DNA from: a bacterium
Lineage (GTDB): Bacteria; UBA8248
Length of the DNA: 64,000 nucleotides
NCBI GenBank assembly: GCA_965200245.1
Contig: CBDATS010000008.1
Span: forward strand, 32,001-96,000
Direction of reading: 5' to 3'
Of the stretch, positions 10,210 to 19,447 are shown in pieces (the stretch's first letter is position 1; each line of letters opens with the position of its first letter). A model generated the notes under the pieces. The model was not told the origin of the DNA. It was given only the letters and a program-made list of their open reading frames with translations, and ran no database searches. The position numbers and the translations under genes were made by a program.

Positions 10210-10377
10210 ATGAGAACATCCAAACCGGAACTCGATCCAATCACAATGGATGAATTCAAGGTCGCGGTGAAGGACATTCTGTTGAGAAAAGTCGATAAGA
10301 AGCCGAAGTGGGAGAACGAGATGCCCGGCAAGGAAGAATTGAACCGGAAATGGAAATTGGTAAGGAAAAAGGACTGA
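10210..10377 (+). CDS. Small basic protein (55 aa) near the IS end
   Basis: MRTSKPELDPITMDEFKVAVKDILLRKVDKKPKWENEMPGKEELNRKWKLVRKKD; below the ORF-track cutoff. Confidence 0.5.
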   Translation: MRTSKPELDPITMDEFKVAVKDILLRKVDKKPKWENEMPGKEELNRKWKLVRKKD

Positions 10378-10479
10378 CGGCGGAAGGAGGAGTTTAGGAG
10401 AGGTATATAAATCCCCTATATCGAGAAGCCGTGCTCATCTTGTTTCAGTCAGTTTTGTAGATAATTACCTCTCTCTTCG

Positions 10480-11118
10480 TTAAAGTATCCTGGAGATGTA
10501 TTTCCTGTCCGAGAAGACGAATTCACGTATCCATCCGGCGAGTTCACGGTAGAGGTGTGTTTCCGCGTCCTCTTCCATGCTAGACGTGTAGATGGGCATC
10601 CAGCGCATGAGGTGCTCGTCCATGAATCGCGCGCTCAAGGTTAGCTTTTCCCGTGCAGATTCCGTGTTCCCATCTCTCCAGGCGTCCGCCTCCTCGTCGG
10701 CGAGCCGGGCCAGGAATTCGAGTTCCACACTTAGGTGGTCCATCGCCAGCACGCTGGAATGGGCGAGTCCCTCGCTTCCTTTTCCCGGGTTGTAGCCGCA
10801 CGCGCGGTAGAAATCGGTTACGTCATCCGTCCTCTTCGAGTTCAAATGCCCGCTTTCATCCATCAGGGCGGCTTCATAAGGTGGGGAGGAGAGCACGAAG
10901 AGGTTCGTGAAATCGACCCGAAGCTTCTGGAAGGCCTCTTCTGTGATCTCGAATCCTTCGGGGAAGAGGAACGGATAGTTTTCCAGCAGGAAACCTGCGA
11001 GTTCCGCGTCGAGCGGGTCGAGCATCGCTCGCGCCTGAACCCGGTAGAGTTGGGCGCGCAGCCTCGCCTGCCCTGCATACTCCGAATTCGCGGCGCGGCG
11101 CCTCCAGCGGAGGTTCAT
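10480..11118 (-). CDS. TorD/DmsD-family molybdoenzyme chaperone
   Basis: PPYE and DHLSVELEFL, F.DEHL..W motifs; ATG overlaps the stop of the upstream Mo subunit (ATGA). Confidence 0.88.
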   Translation of the reverse strand: MNLRWRRRAANSEYAGQARLRAQLYRVQARAMLDPLDAELAGFLLENYPFLFPEGFEITEEAFQKLRVDFTNLFVLSSPPYEAALMDESGHLNSKRTDDVTDFYRACGYNPGKGSEGLAHSSVLAMDHLSVELEFLARLADEEADAWRDGNTESAREKLTLSARFMDEHLMRWMPIYTSSMEEDAETHLYRELAGWIREFVFSDRKYISRIL

Positions 11119-13991
11119 TCGGAGATGGTGTAGGCCTCGGCCTGGGGCTTGTTGGGCCGGGCGAACCAAAGCGGACGCCTGAGGTTGTCGGGGCCTGGTG
11201 CCGGTCTCGTCATCTCGAGCCATTCCTTGTAGTGCTCGAAGCTCTTCTTCGTGTCGACACTGATGTCACCGTAACGATCCGCCGCCCCCGCCTTCGTTAC
11301 CCGGACCTTCTGGTGCCAGCAGTGCATGCCGCTCACCGGGTCGGGGTTGACCGGGAATGTGAGGTTTTGGTTGACACCTACCTCGCGCCACCAGATGCGC
11401 TCGGTGTCCGGGTCGTCGCTCTTGAAGGGCTGGACGCCGTGCACTTGGCGCATGGTGTATTCTCCGTTGCCCTTCTCGTCGAGGCGAACGACGGCGGAGG
11501 CGATCTTGGGCGCGCCTTGGTCTTCGCTCAGACGCCAGCGACCCAGGTGGTGTGCCATGGCGACGATGCCGGGCCTCAATCCCTCGGTCACCCAGCATCT
11601 GGTGACGAAATGACCTATCTTGGTCTCGACTTTCGCGAGGTCGCCCGTTTTGAGTCCGAGGCGTGCGGCGTCGTCCGTGTGTATCCACAACGGATTGTTG
11701 TGGGTGATCTCGTAGAGCCATTTCACGGCCGAGCGCGTGTGGATGAGGGTGGCGAGGCGATAGTTGGGCAGCAGGTCGAACTCGTTGTTCTCCCTTTGCA
11801 TGTCGCGCCAGTAGACGTGGGTTTTCATGTACCTGGGTATAGTCTGATCATCCCAGTTCCAGGCCGCCATGGTCGGGCTGTAGAATTCAAGTTTCCTGGA
11901 AGGCGTCGAGAAGCCCGTCCTCGGCCTTCCCTTGCTCATATTGCCGATGACGGCACCTTCTTTCCAGACCGAACCCGTCGCCTCGTCTACATGAGCGTCT
12001 TGCATCGCTTCATCCGAAAGTTCGTGCATGTGGGGTTCGTACACGTTTTCCTGCACGGCGAAAACCCCATATCTGCGCATGTATTCGAGAGGCGTCAGTC
12101 CCTCTTTCTCGGCGGCCTCGGGCAGTCCCGGCACACCGTTTTCGAACATCCACTGATAATATTCGTTCACCGTGATCTTCTCGCCCGGTCTGTAGGGGCT
12201 CTCGAAATACTGCCGGATGCCGAGCGAGCCGTCCGGGTCCACGCGCCAGGAGAGTTCGATGTGGAGTTCGTTTTCTTCCCATACCTCACCGGGGTTTGCT
12301 TCCCGTGAGGTCTTGAACGTCTCTCCCATCTTCTCGCGAAGCGCGCGGAGCACGGGCTGGCGGAAACCTACCCACTTCGTGGGATGCGTCTCCTGGCTCT
12401 GGTTGTCGTGGCGTTCCGTGGCGTTGCCCATGGGTAGAATGTAGTCGGCGAACCACGCCGTTTCACTCCATGTGGGGGTGAGGGCCACATGGCAGCCTAT
12501 CTTGTCGTGATCTTTGAGCATATCCACCCACATGAAACCATCCGGATTCGTCCATACCGGGTTGTAGACCCGCGTGAAGTAAACGTCCACGCTGTGGCCC
12601 TTGTCCTTCACGAGGTGGGGCATAAGGAAACTCATCTCGAAGAAGGCGAGGGGGTATTCTCGGGGGAAAAGAAGCTCGTTCCATTCTTTTGGTCCCGGCG
12701 CGGGGTTGGGGTGTTGGGGCACGAACTTGTGCGTGCTCGCCAGGTGGGTTCCGCCCACAGTGCCCACTGCGCCCGTAAGCGAGGGGAGGAAGTGCAGGCA
12801 GCGCGCCACCTGCCAGCCGTGAAGGTTGCCGGTAGCGGCCGCTCGCCAGACATGGACGCAAAGCCTGTTTCCGGCACGAGCGACGACCTGGGCGACCTCG
12901 GCGATGAGATCGGCGGATACGCCCGTCTCCTCCGCCGCGAATTCGAAGGTGAACTGCGCATATTCCTGCCTGAGTTTCTCGATGAAGTTCTCGAAACTTG
13001 CCTCGTCGTCGGGGTGAACGGTCCGCATGTATTCGGTCCAGTTCATCCACTCCTCGACGAACTGCGCGTCGAACTGTCCGGTATCGAGCAGATAGCGCGC
13101 GATGGCGAGCAGAATCGCCGCCTCGGTCCCGCTGTAGGCAGGCAGCCAGTAGTCGGCCTTCGCCGCCGTGTTGGAGAGCCTGGGGTCGATGACGATTAGT
13201 TTTGCGCCGCTGGTTTGCGCCTCGATAATGCGCTGGGCAGATGGGTTGTAGTAGTGGCCCGTGTCGAGGTGGCTGCTGATGAGCAGGATGGCGTCGGCGT
13301 TGGTGAAATCAGGCGAGGGCCTGTCTGACCCGTTCCAGAGGAACTGGCCGATGCGGGCGGAGGAGCTGCACACGTTGGTGTGACTGTTGTGGCCGTCTAC
13401 ACCCCAGCCTGCGAGCGTCTTGAACATGTAGCCGTCCTCACCGGGTCGCCCCACATGGTAGATGACGCCGTTTCGCCGCCCTTCTAGGATCGCTTCCCGC
13501 ATGCGGCCTGCGATGTCGTCGAGCGCCTCGTCCCAACTCACGCGTTCCCACTTGCCCTCGCCACGCTCGCCTACGCGTTTCAGGGGATAGAAGATGCGAT
13601 CGGGGTCGTAGACCTGGTTGAGCGTCACCCAGCCTTTCGCGCAGTTACGCCCGCGCGAAGCGGGGTGAAGGGGATTGCCCTCGATTTTCCTGATCTTCAT
13701 GTCGTCCTTGTCGACGTAGGCCAGAAGGCCACATCCCGCCTCGCAGTTGAAGCAGAGGGTCGGAACCAGCGCGTAGTTTCTCGTCACCTTCTGCGGCCAT
13801 TTGGTGCTCTCGTATTCTGTCCAGTTGTCCCACTGGTCGGGACTCGGGTAGGAAGTGAGGGTACCGTTCGTGTTCGTGTAGTTGAGTTGTCCCGCAGGCG
13901 CTGCGGGCGGGGCCTTGGCCAGCAGGTCGGGGCGGCCCAGTGAGGCGACATCGCGCGCGCCCTTGCCGACTTGAAGATGACTTGTGCTCAT
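11115..13991 (-). CDS. Molybdopterin (bis-PGD) oxidoreductase catalytic subunit, no Tat signal
   Basis: CFNCEAGC...RNCAKG 4Fe-4S motif, YPLKRVGERGEGKWERVSWDEALD, IDPRLSNTA, ADYILP, C-terminal molydopterin-binding domain; HTNVCSS candidate Cys ligand. Confidence 0.92.
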   Translation of the reverse strand: MSTSHLQVGKGARDVASLGRPDLLAKAPPAAPAGQLNYTNTNGTLTSYPSPDQWDNWTEYESTKWPQKVTRNYALVPTLCFNCEAGCGLLAYVDKDDMKIRKIEGNPLHPASRGRNCAKGWVTLNQVYDPDRIFYPLKRVGERGEGKWERVSWDEALDDIAGRMREAILEGRRNGVIYHVGRPGEDGYMFKTLAGWGVDGHNSHTNVCSSSARIGQFLWNGSDRPSPDFTNADAILLISSHLDTGHYYNPSAQRIIEAQTSGAKLIVIDPRLSNTAAKADYWLPAYSGTEAAILLAIARYLLDTGQFDAQFVEEWMNWTEYMRTVHPDDEASFENFIEKLRQEYAQFTFEFAAEETGVSADLIAEVAQVVARAGNRLCVHVWRAAATGNLHGWQVARCLHFLPSLTGAVGTVGGTHLASTHKFVPQHPNPAPGPKEWNELLFPREYPLAFFEMSFLMPHLVKDKGHSVDVYFTRVYNPVWTNPDGFMWVDMLKDHDKIGCHVALTPTWSETAWFADYILPMGNATERHDNQSQETHPTKWVGFRQPVLRALREKMGETFKTSREANPGEVWEENELHIELSWRVDPDGSLGIRQYFESPYRPGEKITVNEYYQWMFENGVPGLPEAAEKEGLTPLEYMRRYGVFAVQENVYEPHMHELSDEAMQDAHVDEATGSVWKEGAVIGNMSKGRPRTGFSTPSRKLEFYSPTMAAWNWDDQTIPRYMKTHVYWRDMQRENNEFDLLPNYRLATLIHTRSAVKWLYEITHNNPLWIHTDDAARLGLKTGDLAKVETKIGHFVTRCWVTEGLRPGIVAMAHHLGRWRLSEDQGAPKIASAVVRLDEKGNGEYTMRQVHGVQPFKSDDPDTERIWWREVGVNQNLTFPVNPDPVSGMHCWHQKVRVTKAGAADRYGDISVDTKKSFEHYKEWLEMTRPAPGPDNLRRPLWFARPNKPQAEAYTISE

Positions 13992-14009
13992 GCTCTGGAA
14001 ACTCCCGGA

Positions 14010-15530
14010 TTACGAAAGGGGAATGGCCTGTCCGGCCTTCACCCAGATTTTGTCCCAAAGATACGCGCCCGCCATGGCCATGATGCCCGCCAGCACTGCG
14101 CTGAAACCGCCGAATCCTCCCAGCCATAGAAGGAGCAGGGGGGCAACGCATCCAACGACGATGGCCCCTCCCCAGAAATCGTTCCTGAATGGTCCGCTTG
14201 TCAGCAGGTGGATCGCCCGCTCATGGGCGACTGAGCCGAAGCGATGCACGAGAATCGAGAATATCAGTATGCTCAGGTGCAATACGACAAGGACGGCGAG
14301 CAGTCCGCCCAGAACGCGCAGGGCCGAGTCCTGACTCGCGATCGGGAAAAGCGTGGCGAACAGAAGCAGGATGGCTGCGCCCTTGAGGCCCGATTGTACG
14401 CCGATATCAAGCGTGTTCTCGCTTCCTTTCCATAAATCGCGCGCCGACGCCTGGGCAAAGAAAAAGCCCGTGTATATCGAGGATAACACGCCCAGGATGA
14501 TGGTGGGCCAGAGGATGAGATTCAGGAAGCCCGTCGCGCCCACCAAGGCGCCCAGCACCCAGAGGAAGGTGAAGACGCCGTCCAGCGCGATGAACCACGT
14601 GCCCCAGGCCATCCAGCTTCCCCAGTTCGAGCGCAGCATGATGTAGTAAAACCGCTCGGGACGCTTGAGGTCGGTGATGAGTACCGCACCCGTGACGGCG
14701 AGGAGGATTCCGCTGAGCGCGGGCATCCAGAAGGAGAACAGCGAACTCCTGAATCCGAACATCCACAAAAACAGGCTGATGACCAGAAGGCCCGTGCTCG
14801 CGCCCTTGGTCAGCAGGTAGGTGATGATTTTCGTTTCCCAGGGAATCTCATGGAAGGTGTCGTAGACGGTGCGGCTCTCGCCGGGCTTGTTCTCCCACTC
14901 GGGCACGACATCTTCTCGTTCCATGTCCATCTCGCCCTGCTTGTAGATGCCCGACTGGCCCGCTTCGGTGGGATCGAGAAGCTGGCGGCTGCCTTCCAGA
15001 TAATAGATGTTGGGCGCGGTGTTGTATTCGGGCTTCCTCACGTGGTAGGGGCGTTGCGTGGTGAGCCTCGATATCTTCGATTCCGAATCCTCCACATCGC
15101 CGAACACGCGGCACTGCGTGGGGCAGACCACCACGCAGGCGGGTTCGAGATTCGCTTCGAGTCGGTTCGCACAGAAATTGCATTTCTCCGCCGTCATCGT
15201 GTTGGGATCGATGAAGAGTTGATCGTAGGGACACGCCGCGATGCAGGATTTGCACCCGATGCACCAGTCCGGATCCAGGTCCACGATACCGTCCCTGCGC
15301 CTGAAGAGCGCCTTCGTCGGGCAGATGTTCTGGCAGGGAGCGTCGTCGCACTGGTTGCACAGGACGGGCAGGAATTCCCTCCTGGTGTTCGGGAAGGAAC
15401 CCTTTTCGACTTCCTTCACCCAGCATCGCCAGACGCCGATGGGAATGTCGTGTTCGGATTTACAGGCGATCGTACAGGCGTGGCATCCGATGCAGGATTC
15501 GAGGTCGATCGCCATTGCGTACTTGGGCAT
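14010..15530 (-). CDS. Fused 4x[4Fe-4S] electron-transfer subunit and NrfD/PsrC membrane anchor
   Basis: CIGCHAC..AC, CNQCDDAPC..ICP, CIGCKSC..ACP, KCNFC..PACVVVCP, then about 8 TM helices with DLKRPERF and SWMAWG. Confidence 0.92.
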   Translation of the reverse strand: MPKYAMAIDLESCIGCHACTIACKSEHDIPIGVWRCWVKEVEKGSFPNTRREFLPVLCNQCDDAPCQNICPTKALFRRRDGIVDLDPDWCIGCKSCIAACPYDQLFIDPNTMTAEKCNFCANRLEANLEPACVVVCPTQCRVFGDVEDSESKISRLTTQRPYHVRKPEYNTAPNIYYLEGSRQLLDPTEAGQSGIYKQGEMDMEREDVVPEWENKPGESRTVYDTFHEIPWETKIITYLLTKGASTGLLVISLFLWMFGFRSSLFSFWMPALSGILLAVTGAVLITDLKRPERFYYIMLRSNWGSWMAWGTWFIALDGVFTFLWVLGALVGATGFLNLILWPTIILGVLSSIYTGFFFAQASARDLWKGSENTLDIGVQSGLKGAAILLLFATLFPIASQDSALRVLGGLLAVLVVLHLSILIFSILVHRFGSVAHERAIHLLTSGPFRNDFWGGAIVVGCVAPLLLLWLGGFGGFSAVLAGIMAMAGAYLWDKIWVKAGQAIPLS

Positions 15531-15586
15531 GAAGAATCCTCAATTGTCGTGAAACGCGTTTCTCATAACGTGGCATTGGTAGTCCA

Positions 15587-15615
15587 AAGCTAGAACTTTG
15601 CTGCGGATGTGTCAA
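15587..15615 (-). promoter_or_regulatory. Sigma70 promoter of the molybdoenzyme operon
   Basis: Minus strand TTGACA-17 bp-TAGCTT; palindrome GAAACGCGTTTC (15551-15562) lies downstream. Confidence 0.6.
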
Positions 15616-15696
15616 TTGAGGCAGAGTGATCGGGATTTTTCGCGTTTTCGCGCGGCTGGCCGCCGAGGAGGAAACCGGGTGGATGGGAGAGGCTCG

Positions 15697-16257
15697 ATGA
15701 GGCCCAGTCTCGCGTATCTGGCGAGGGGTCTTACGCTCGCGCGGTTTCTGATGATTCCACTCATCGTCTGGTCCTTGCTCCGTATAGGTTCCGTACCCGA
15801 CGGGCGGTGGCGGGCTTTACTCGTTGCCGCTTACGTCTACGCTGTCTTGAGTGACTTCGCGGATGGCCCTTTGGCGAGGCGGGCGGGGATCAGGAGTTAT
15901 TTCTGGGGGCAGATGGACGCCTTGTCGGACATTGCCTTCAACACGGCGGCGCTCGCAGCCGCCGCCTGGACGGGACAGCTCGGCCCCTGGGCCGCCCTGG
16001 GCGTCTTGATGCTGGGAGCGCAGTTCGTCTTGCGCTGTACAGGCGGGGCGGGGCGCACTGACGAGGCGTTGCCTGAAGATGCGGCGGGAAAATGGGCGGG
16101 GGTCTGTTTCTACGCCTTGGTGGGCGGCGTAGTGCTGATGGAGGGTTTATCGTGGGAGTGGCTTGCGCCCGTCCTGCCCTGGGCCGGCGATTTGGTTTTC
16201 CTCTATGCCCTTTTCCTGTTCGTCCGTAACGTACGATCGAGTCATGGGCGCTCCTGA
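15697..16257 (+). CDS. CDP-alcohol phosphatidyltransferase family protein
   Basis: SDFADGPLARRAG..S..G.MDALSD signature. Confidence 0.85.
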   Translation: MRPSLAYLARGLTLARFLMIPLIVWSLLRIGSVPDGRWRALLVAAYVYAVLSDFADGPLARRAGIRSYFWGQMDALSDIAFNTAALAAAAWTGQLGPWAALGVLMLGAQFVLRCTGGAGRTDEALPEDAAGKWAGVCFYALVGGVVLMEGLSWEWLAPVLPWAGDLVFLYALFLFVRNVRSSHGRS

Positions 16258-17195
16258 GCGACGCGCCTTTTTCCAAACAGATCCGAATACGCCTTCGGCA
16301 TGAACAACAGGCCGATAGTCCCGTTTGCCAGCATGAAAGTGAGATGGGAGACGAGGCTGTAGGCGAGTAAGTCCGCTTCCTTCGCATAGTCCTTGAAGAA
16401 GAAAATCCAGGCGGCTTGAGAAGTGCCTAGATGTGCCACCGTCACCGGAAGGGCGCCAATCATGAAGACGAGTGGCAGGAAGGTCAGCAGCTGCAGCAGC
16501 GGAATGTCCATCCCGAACAGTGTCAGGGCGTACTTGTGCACGAACAGGGAGAGTACGAATACCGAACCCTTGAGCGCCAGGATGGTGACGCCTTGCCTGA
16601 AGCGAACGGCCCGGAAGGTGTTGAGAAGTGTGTGGCCGCCGATTTTTGCGCCGATGACACCCAATCCCCCGCGCGCCACCCGGGTGATGAATAACCAGAA
16701 GCAGGCGAGCCCCAGGGGCAGGGCGAACAGCACGAGTGGTGCGCCGCCCGGAAAGGCGATGAGGCCGATAGTGGCGAAGGAAATAAGGTTCGTGACTTCC
16801 AGCAGGATGAGCATGGCGACCGTGCTCGTGATCACGGCGAGCGGGGTCTGGAACCTGCGGTGAAAATACAGCGCAAGCGCTACCTGGGCGAGTTGCGTGT
16901 TGATGATGGAGACAACATAGGTGACGGCGCGCACGGGCAGCAGTTTCGGAAACGTCAACGGGCCGTGGAACCAGCGAATCATCCTGCTCAGGACGAAAGT
17001 GTCCATCAGGAAAAAACAGATGGAAAAACACCCCATCAGCACCAGGAAGGGAGCGAGTCTCGCCTTCGATATGGCGAGGGCGAACTCGTGAAAGGGAATC
17101 CGCCAGAAGATGATGACAAAGATCACGACCGTGAGGCCGATGGGGATGAGCCGCCCAGCTTTGCTTGATTGATGTGATTCGTGGTTTTGCTCCAA
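16242..17195 (-). CDS. Lysylphosphatidylglycerol-synthase TM / flippase-like (UPF0104) membrane protein
   Basis: About 8 hydrophobic helices; ALPVTVAHLGTSQAAW motif. Confidence 0.7.
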   Translation of the reverse strand: MEQNHESHQSSKAGRLIPIGLTVVIFVIIFWRIPFHEFALAISKARLAPFLVLMGCFSICFFLMDTFVLSRMIRWFHGPLTFPKLLPVRAVTYVVSIINTQLAQVALALYFHRRFQTPLAVITSTVAMLILLEVTNLISFATIGLIAFPGGAPLVLFALPLGLACFWLFITRVARGGLGVIGAKIGGHTLLNTFRAVRFRQGVTILALKGSVFVLSLFVHKYALTLFGMDIPLLQLLTFLPLVFMIGALPVTVAHLGTSQAAWIFFFKDYAKEADLLAYSLVSHLTFMLANGTIGLLFMPKAYSDLFGKRRVAQERP

Positions 17196-17221
17196 AACGA
17201 AACTCCTTGAAGGTGCAGAAA

Positions 17222-18144
17222 CTATTCTTCCTGTATCAGCGAGAGGTCTAATATCTCATCCACGTTCGTGCGGGCGACGGGCGCGGTGCTTCCGATCTCC
17301 TCATCGCTGCACAGGTGCTCGTAGAAGATGATGTCGAATACGGTGCGGCTCATGGGAGAGGAGGACGAAAGACTGCCGATAATGCTCGACGCGAGCCGGG
17401 CCGGCCCCCTGGGAATCGTCAGGATTCGGGGTCGTTTCCTGAACTTCCGCCCGGCGCGCATCAGTAGTTCATGGTAGAAGAGCGTTTCCGGTCCCACGAG
17501 ATTCATGCGCACTAGCGGTGTTTCCGGGTTGAGAATCGCCCATTCTATCGCGTCAAGCACGTCTCCCAGGTATATCGGCTGTATCCGCACCGCGCCGCCC
17601 GCCACGAGGGGGACGACCGAGGATCGGAGCAGCCGCTTAATCTGGTTCATCGCGGGAGAGCCGACTCCCAGAATCATCGGCACGCGGAAGATCGCGCCCG
17701 ACGTGAAATTCTCCGCAATCAAATCCTCGGCTTGGCCTTTTGTCCTTATGTACTCGTTGCGGGATTTGGAATCCGCACCCGGAAAGCTCAGGTAGATGAA
17801 GGACTTCACGCCTTGCGCGCGGCTCGCTTCGGCGACGTTTTTTGTGGTCAGCAGGTTTGCCTTCAGCAGGGAGTTCCCCGGTCTCGGGACCAGGGAACCC
17901 GCAAGGTGTGCCACGCAGTCGACGCCGTCCAGGGCGTGTTCAAGACTTTCTGCGTCGTTGTAGTCCACCGGAACCACTTCGACGCGAAGATCGCGAAGGT
18001 TCGCGCTGCGGCCCGCGTCCCGCACGAGCGCGCGCAGACGGGGAGACCCCTGGGCCGGATTGTCAGCCATGCGTTCGATGAGCGCTTTGCCGACGGTGCC
18101 GTTGGCGCCGGTGATGGCGATGTCGATGGGGCATCTCCCGTCAT
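17222..18144 (-). pseudogene. NAD(P)-binding SDR/epimerase (NDUFA9-like) with a frameshift near the start
   Basis: IDIAITGANGTVG Rossmann motif lies upstream of the called start (18070); both nearby ATGs (18134, 18144) are out of frame across a C4 run; Y..TK motif. Confidence 0.7.
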
Positions 18145-18208
18145 GCCGGAAGGCGGCCGTGCACGGCGAATTCCAAAAGGTCCGCCGCGGCTTGGTTCGG
18201 TCTTCGGA

Positions 18209-19447
18209 CTACACCGTGAGCAGTTCGTGGGTCGGCGCGGTCATCTTCTCGATGGGTAGCCCGTGCGTGCATGCGCCCGCGCAGCTTTGATGGCTGCAGT
18301 CGAGGCACGCAGATGCGCCCGCGCCCAGCAGGGAATACTCGGCCTTTGCGAATCGCACGTCCTCATAGTCGGTCGCATACATACGGGTGCGGAGCACGTC
18401 TGGGATGGGGACGTTTTCCGGACATGCGCCCGCGCAGTCGTTGCACGCATGGCGGCAGTAGGAGGTTCCGTTGAGCCGTGCATATTTCTTGAGAATCGGC
18501 ATCTCTCGGCGCGAAATCTTCTTCCATCCCGAGGCACCAACGAACTCGGTGAGGTTCTCCTTGCTGGTCATCGAGATGATGAGCGAGTCTACGTTCGGGT
18601 TCGATAGCACCCAGCGGAATGCAGCCTGCGAAAAGGTGGCGCCCCCTTTCTCGTAGGCCCGCATGTCGTTCAGTCGTGCACCCATCAGCGTCTTCATGGC
18701 GATGACACCGATGCCCTTGGCTTTCGCCCGCGCGAGCGCCAAGGGCAGTTTCGGGAACCTGGCGATGAAGTCGAACCCGCGCGTGAAGCGCTGGTAGAAG
18801 GCCGGGTCCTGGCCGAAATTGTAGGCGACGAGAAACACGTCCACTACGCTGTTGTCGATGCAGTAATCGAGGCATTCAACCAGATTGCCCGCATGGCCCG
18901 ACATGCCGGAATAGCGGATTTTTCCCTGTTTTTTCGCGAGTGCCACGAACTCGCTCCATTCAGGATTCTTCATCCTTTCCACGTCGTTCACAGCGTGGTT
19001 GAAATAAACGTCCACGTAGTCGGTTTGCAGTTTTTGCAGGCTTTTTTCGAGCGATCGCATCATCGAGGCTTTGGAGTCGCTCTGGCCTGCGTGTGTTTTG
19101 GAGGCGATGTAGACCTTGTCGCGTTTTCCCTTGAGTGCCTTGCCGATGGTGGTCTCTGATTCCCCCCAGGAGTAGCTCTCGGCGGTGTCGAAATAGTTGA
19201 TGCCGAGGTCGAGCGCGTGGAGAACGAGGTCTTCTTCGTCGGAACCGAGCCGGCTGCTTCCGAATGAAATATCGGACATCTTGATGTCCGTCTTGCCCAG
19301 GGTGACGTAGCGGCGCACCCGGTTCTGCGCGGCATTCGCGTCCACGGCGCGCGCGAAGGGCAAGAGTCCTGCGCCCAGACCGGCGAAGGCACTGTTCCGG
19401 AGAAAATCGCGTCTCGGCAAGTTGTCGGTATGATGGGGCATCGGCAT
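18209..19447 (-). CDS. Aldo/keto reductase with Tat signal and C-terminal Fe-S cysteine motifs
   Basis: PRRDFL twin-arginine signal; GINYFDTAESY, SLEKSLQKLQTDYVD; CRHACNDC..ACP and CLDC....C...C. Confidence 0.88.
   Translation of the reverse strand: MPMPHHTDNLPRRDFLRNSAFAGLGAGLLPFARAVDANAAQNRVRRYVTLGKTDIKMSDISFGSSRLGSDEEDLVLHALDLGINYFDTAESYSWGESETTIGKALKGKRDKVYIASKTHAGQSDSKASMMRSLEKSLQKLQTDYVDVYFNHAVNDVERMKNPEWSEFVALAKKQGKIRYSGMSGHAGNLVECLDYCIDNSVVDVFLVAYNFGQDPAFYQRFTRGFDFIARFPKLPLALARAKAKGIGVIAMKTLMGARLNDMRAYEKGGATFSQAAFRWVLSNPNVDSLIISMTSKENLTEFVGASGWKKISRREMPILKKYARLNGTSYCRHACNDCAGACPENVPIPDVLRTRMYATDYEDVRFAKAEYSLLGAGASACLDCSHQSCAGACTHGLPIEKMTAPTHELLTV

Larger units (their letters stand above)
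9237..10416 (+). mobile_element. Decayed IS1595-like element with passenger genes
   Basis: AT-rich block: transposase tail, interrupted nuclease ORF, 55-aa ORF, candidate right end GGTATATAAATCCCC; left end not found. Confidence 0.55.

Noticed and set aside
11115-13991. Annotation as formate dehydrogenase or polysulfide reductase PsrA
   Set aside because: No FDH C/U-H motif and no Tat signal; a specific name is not supportable
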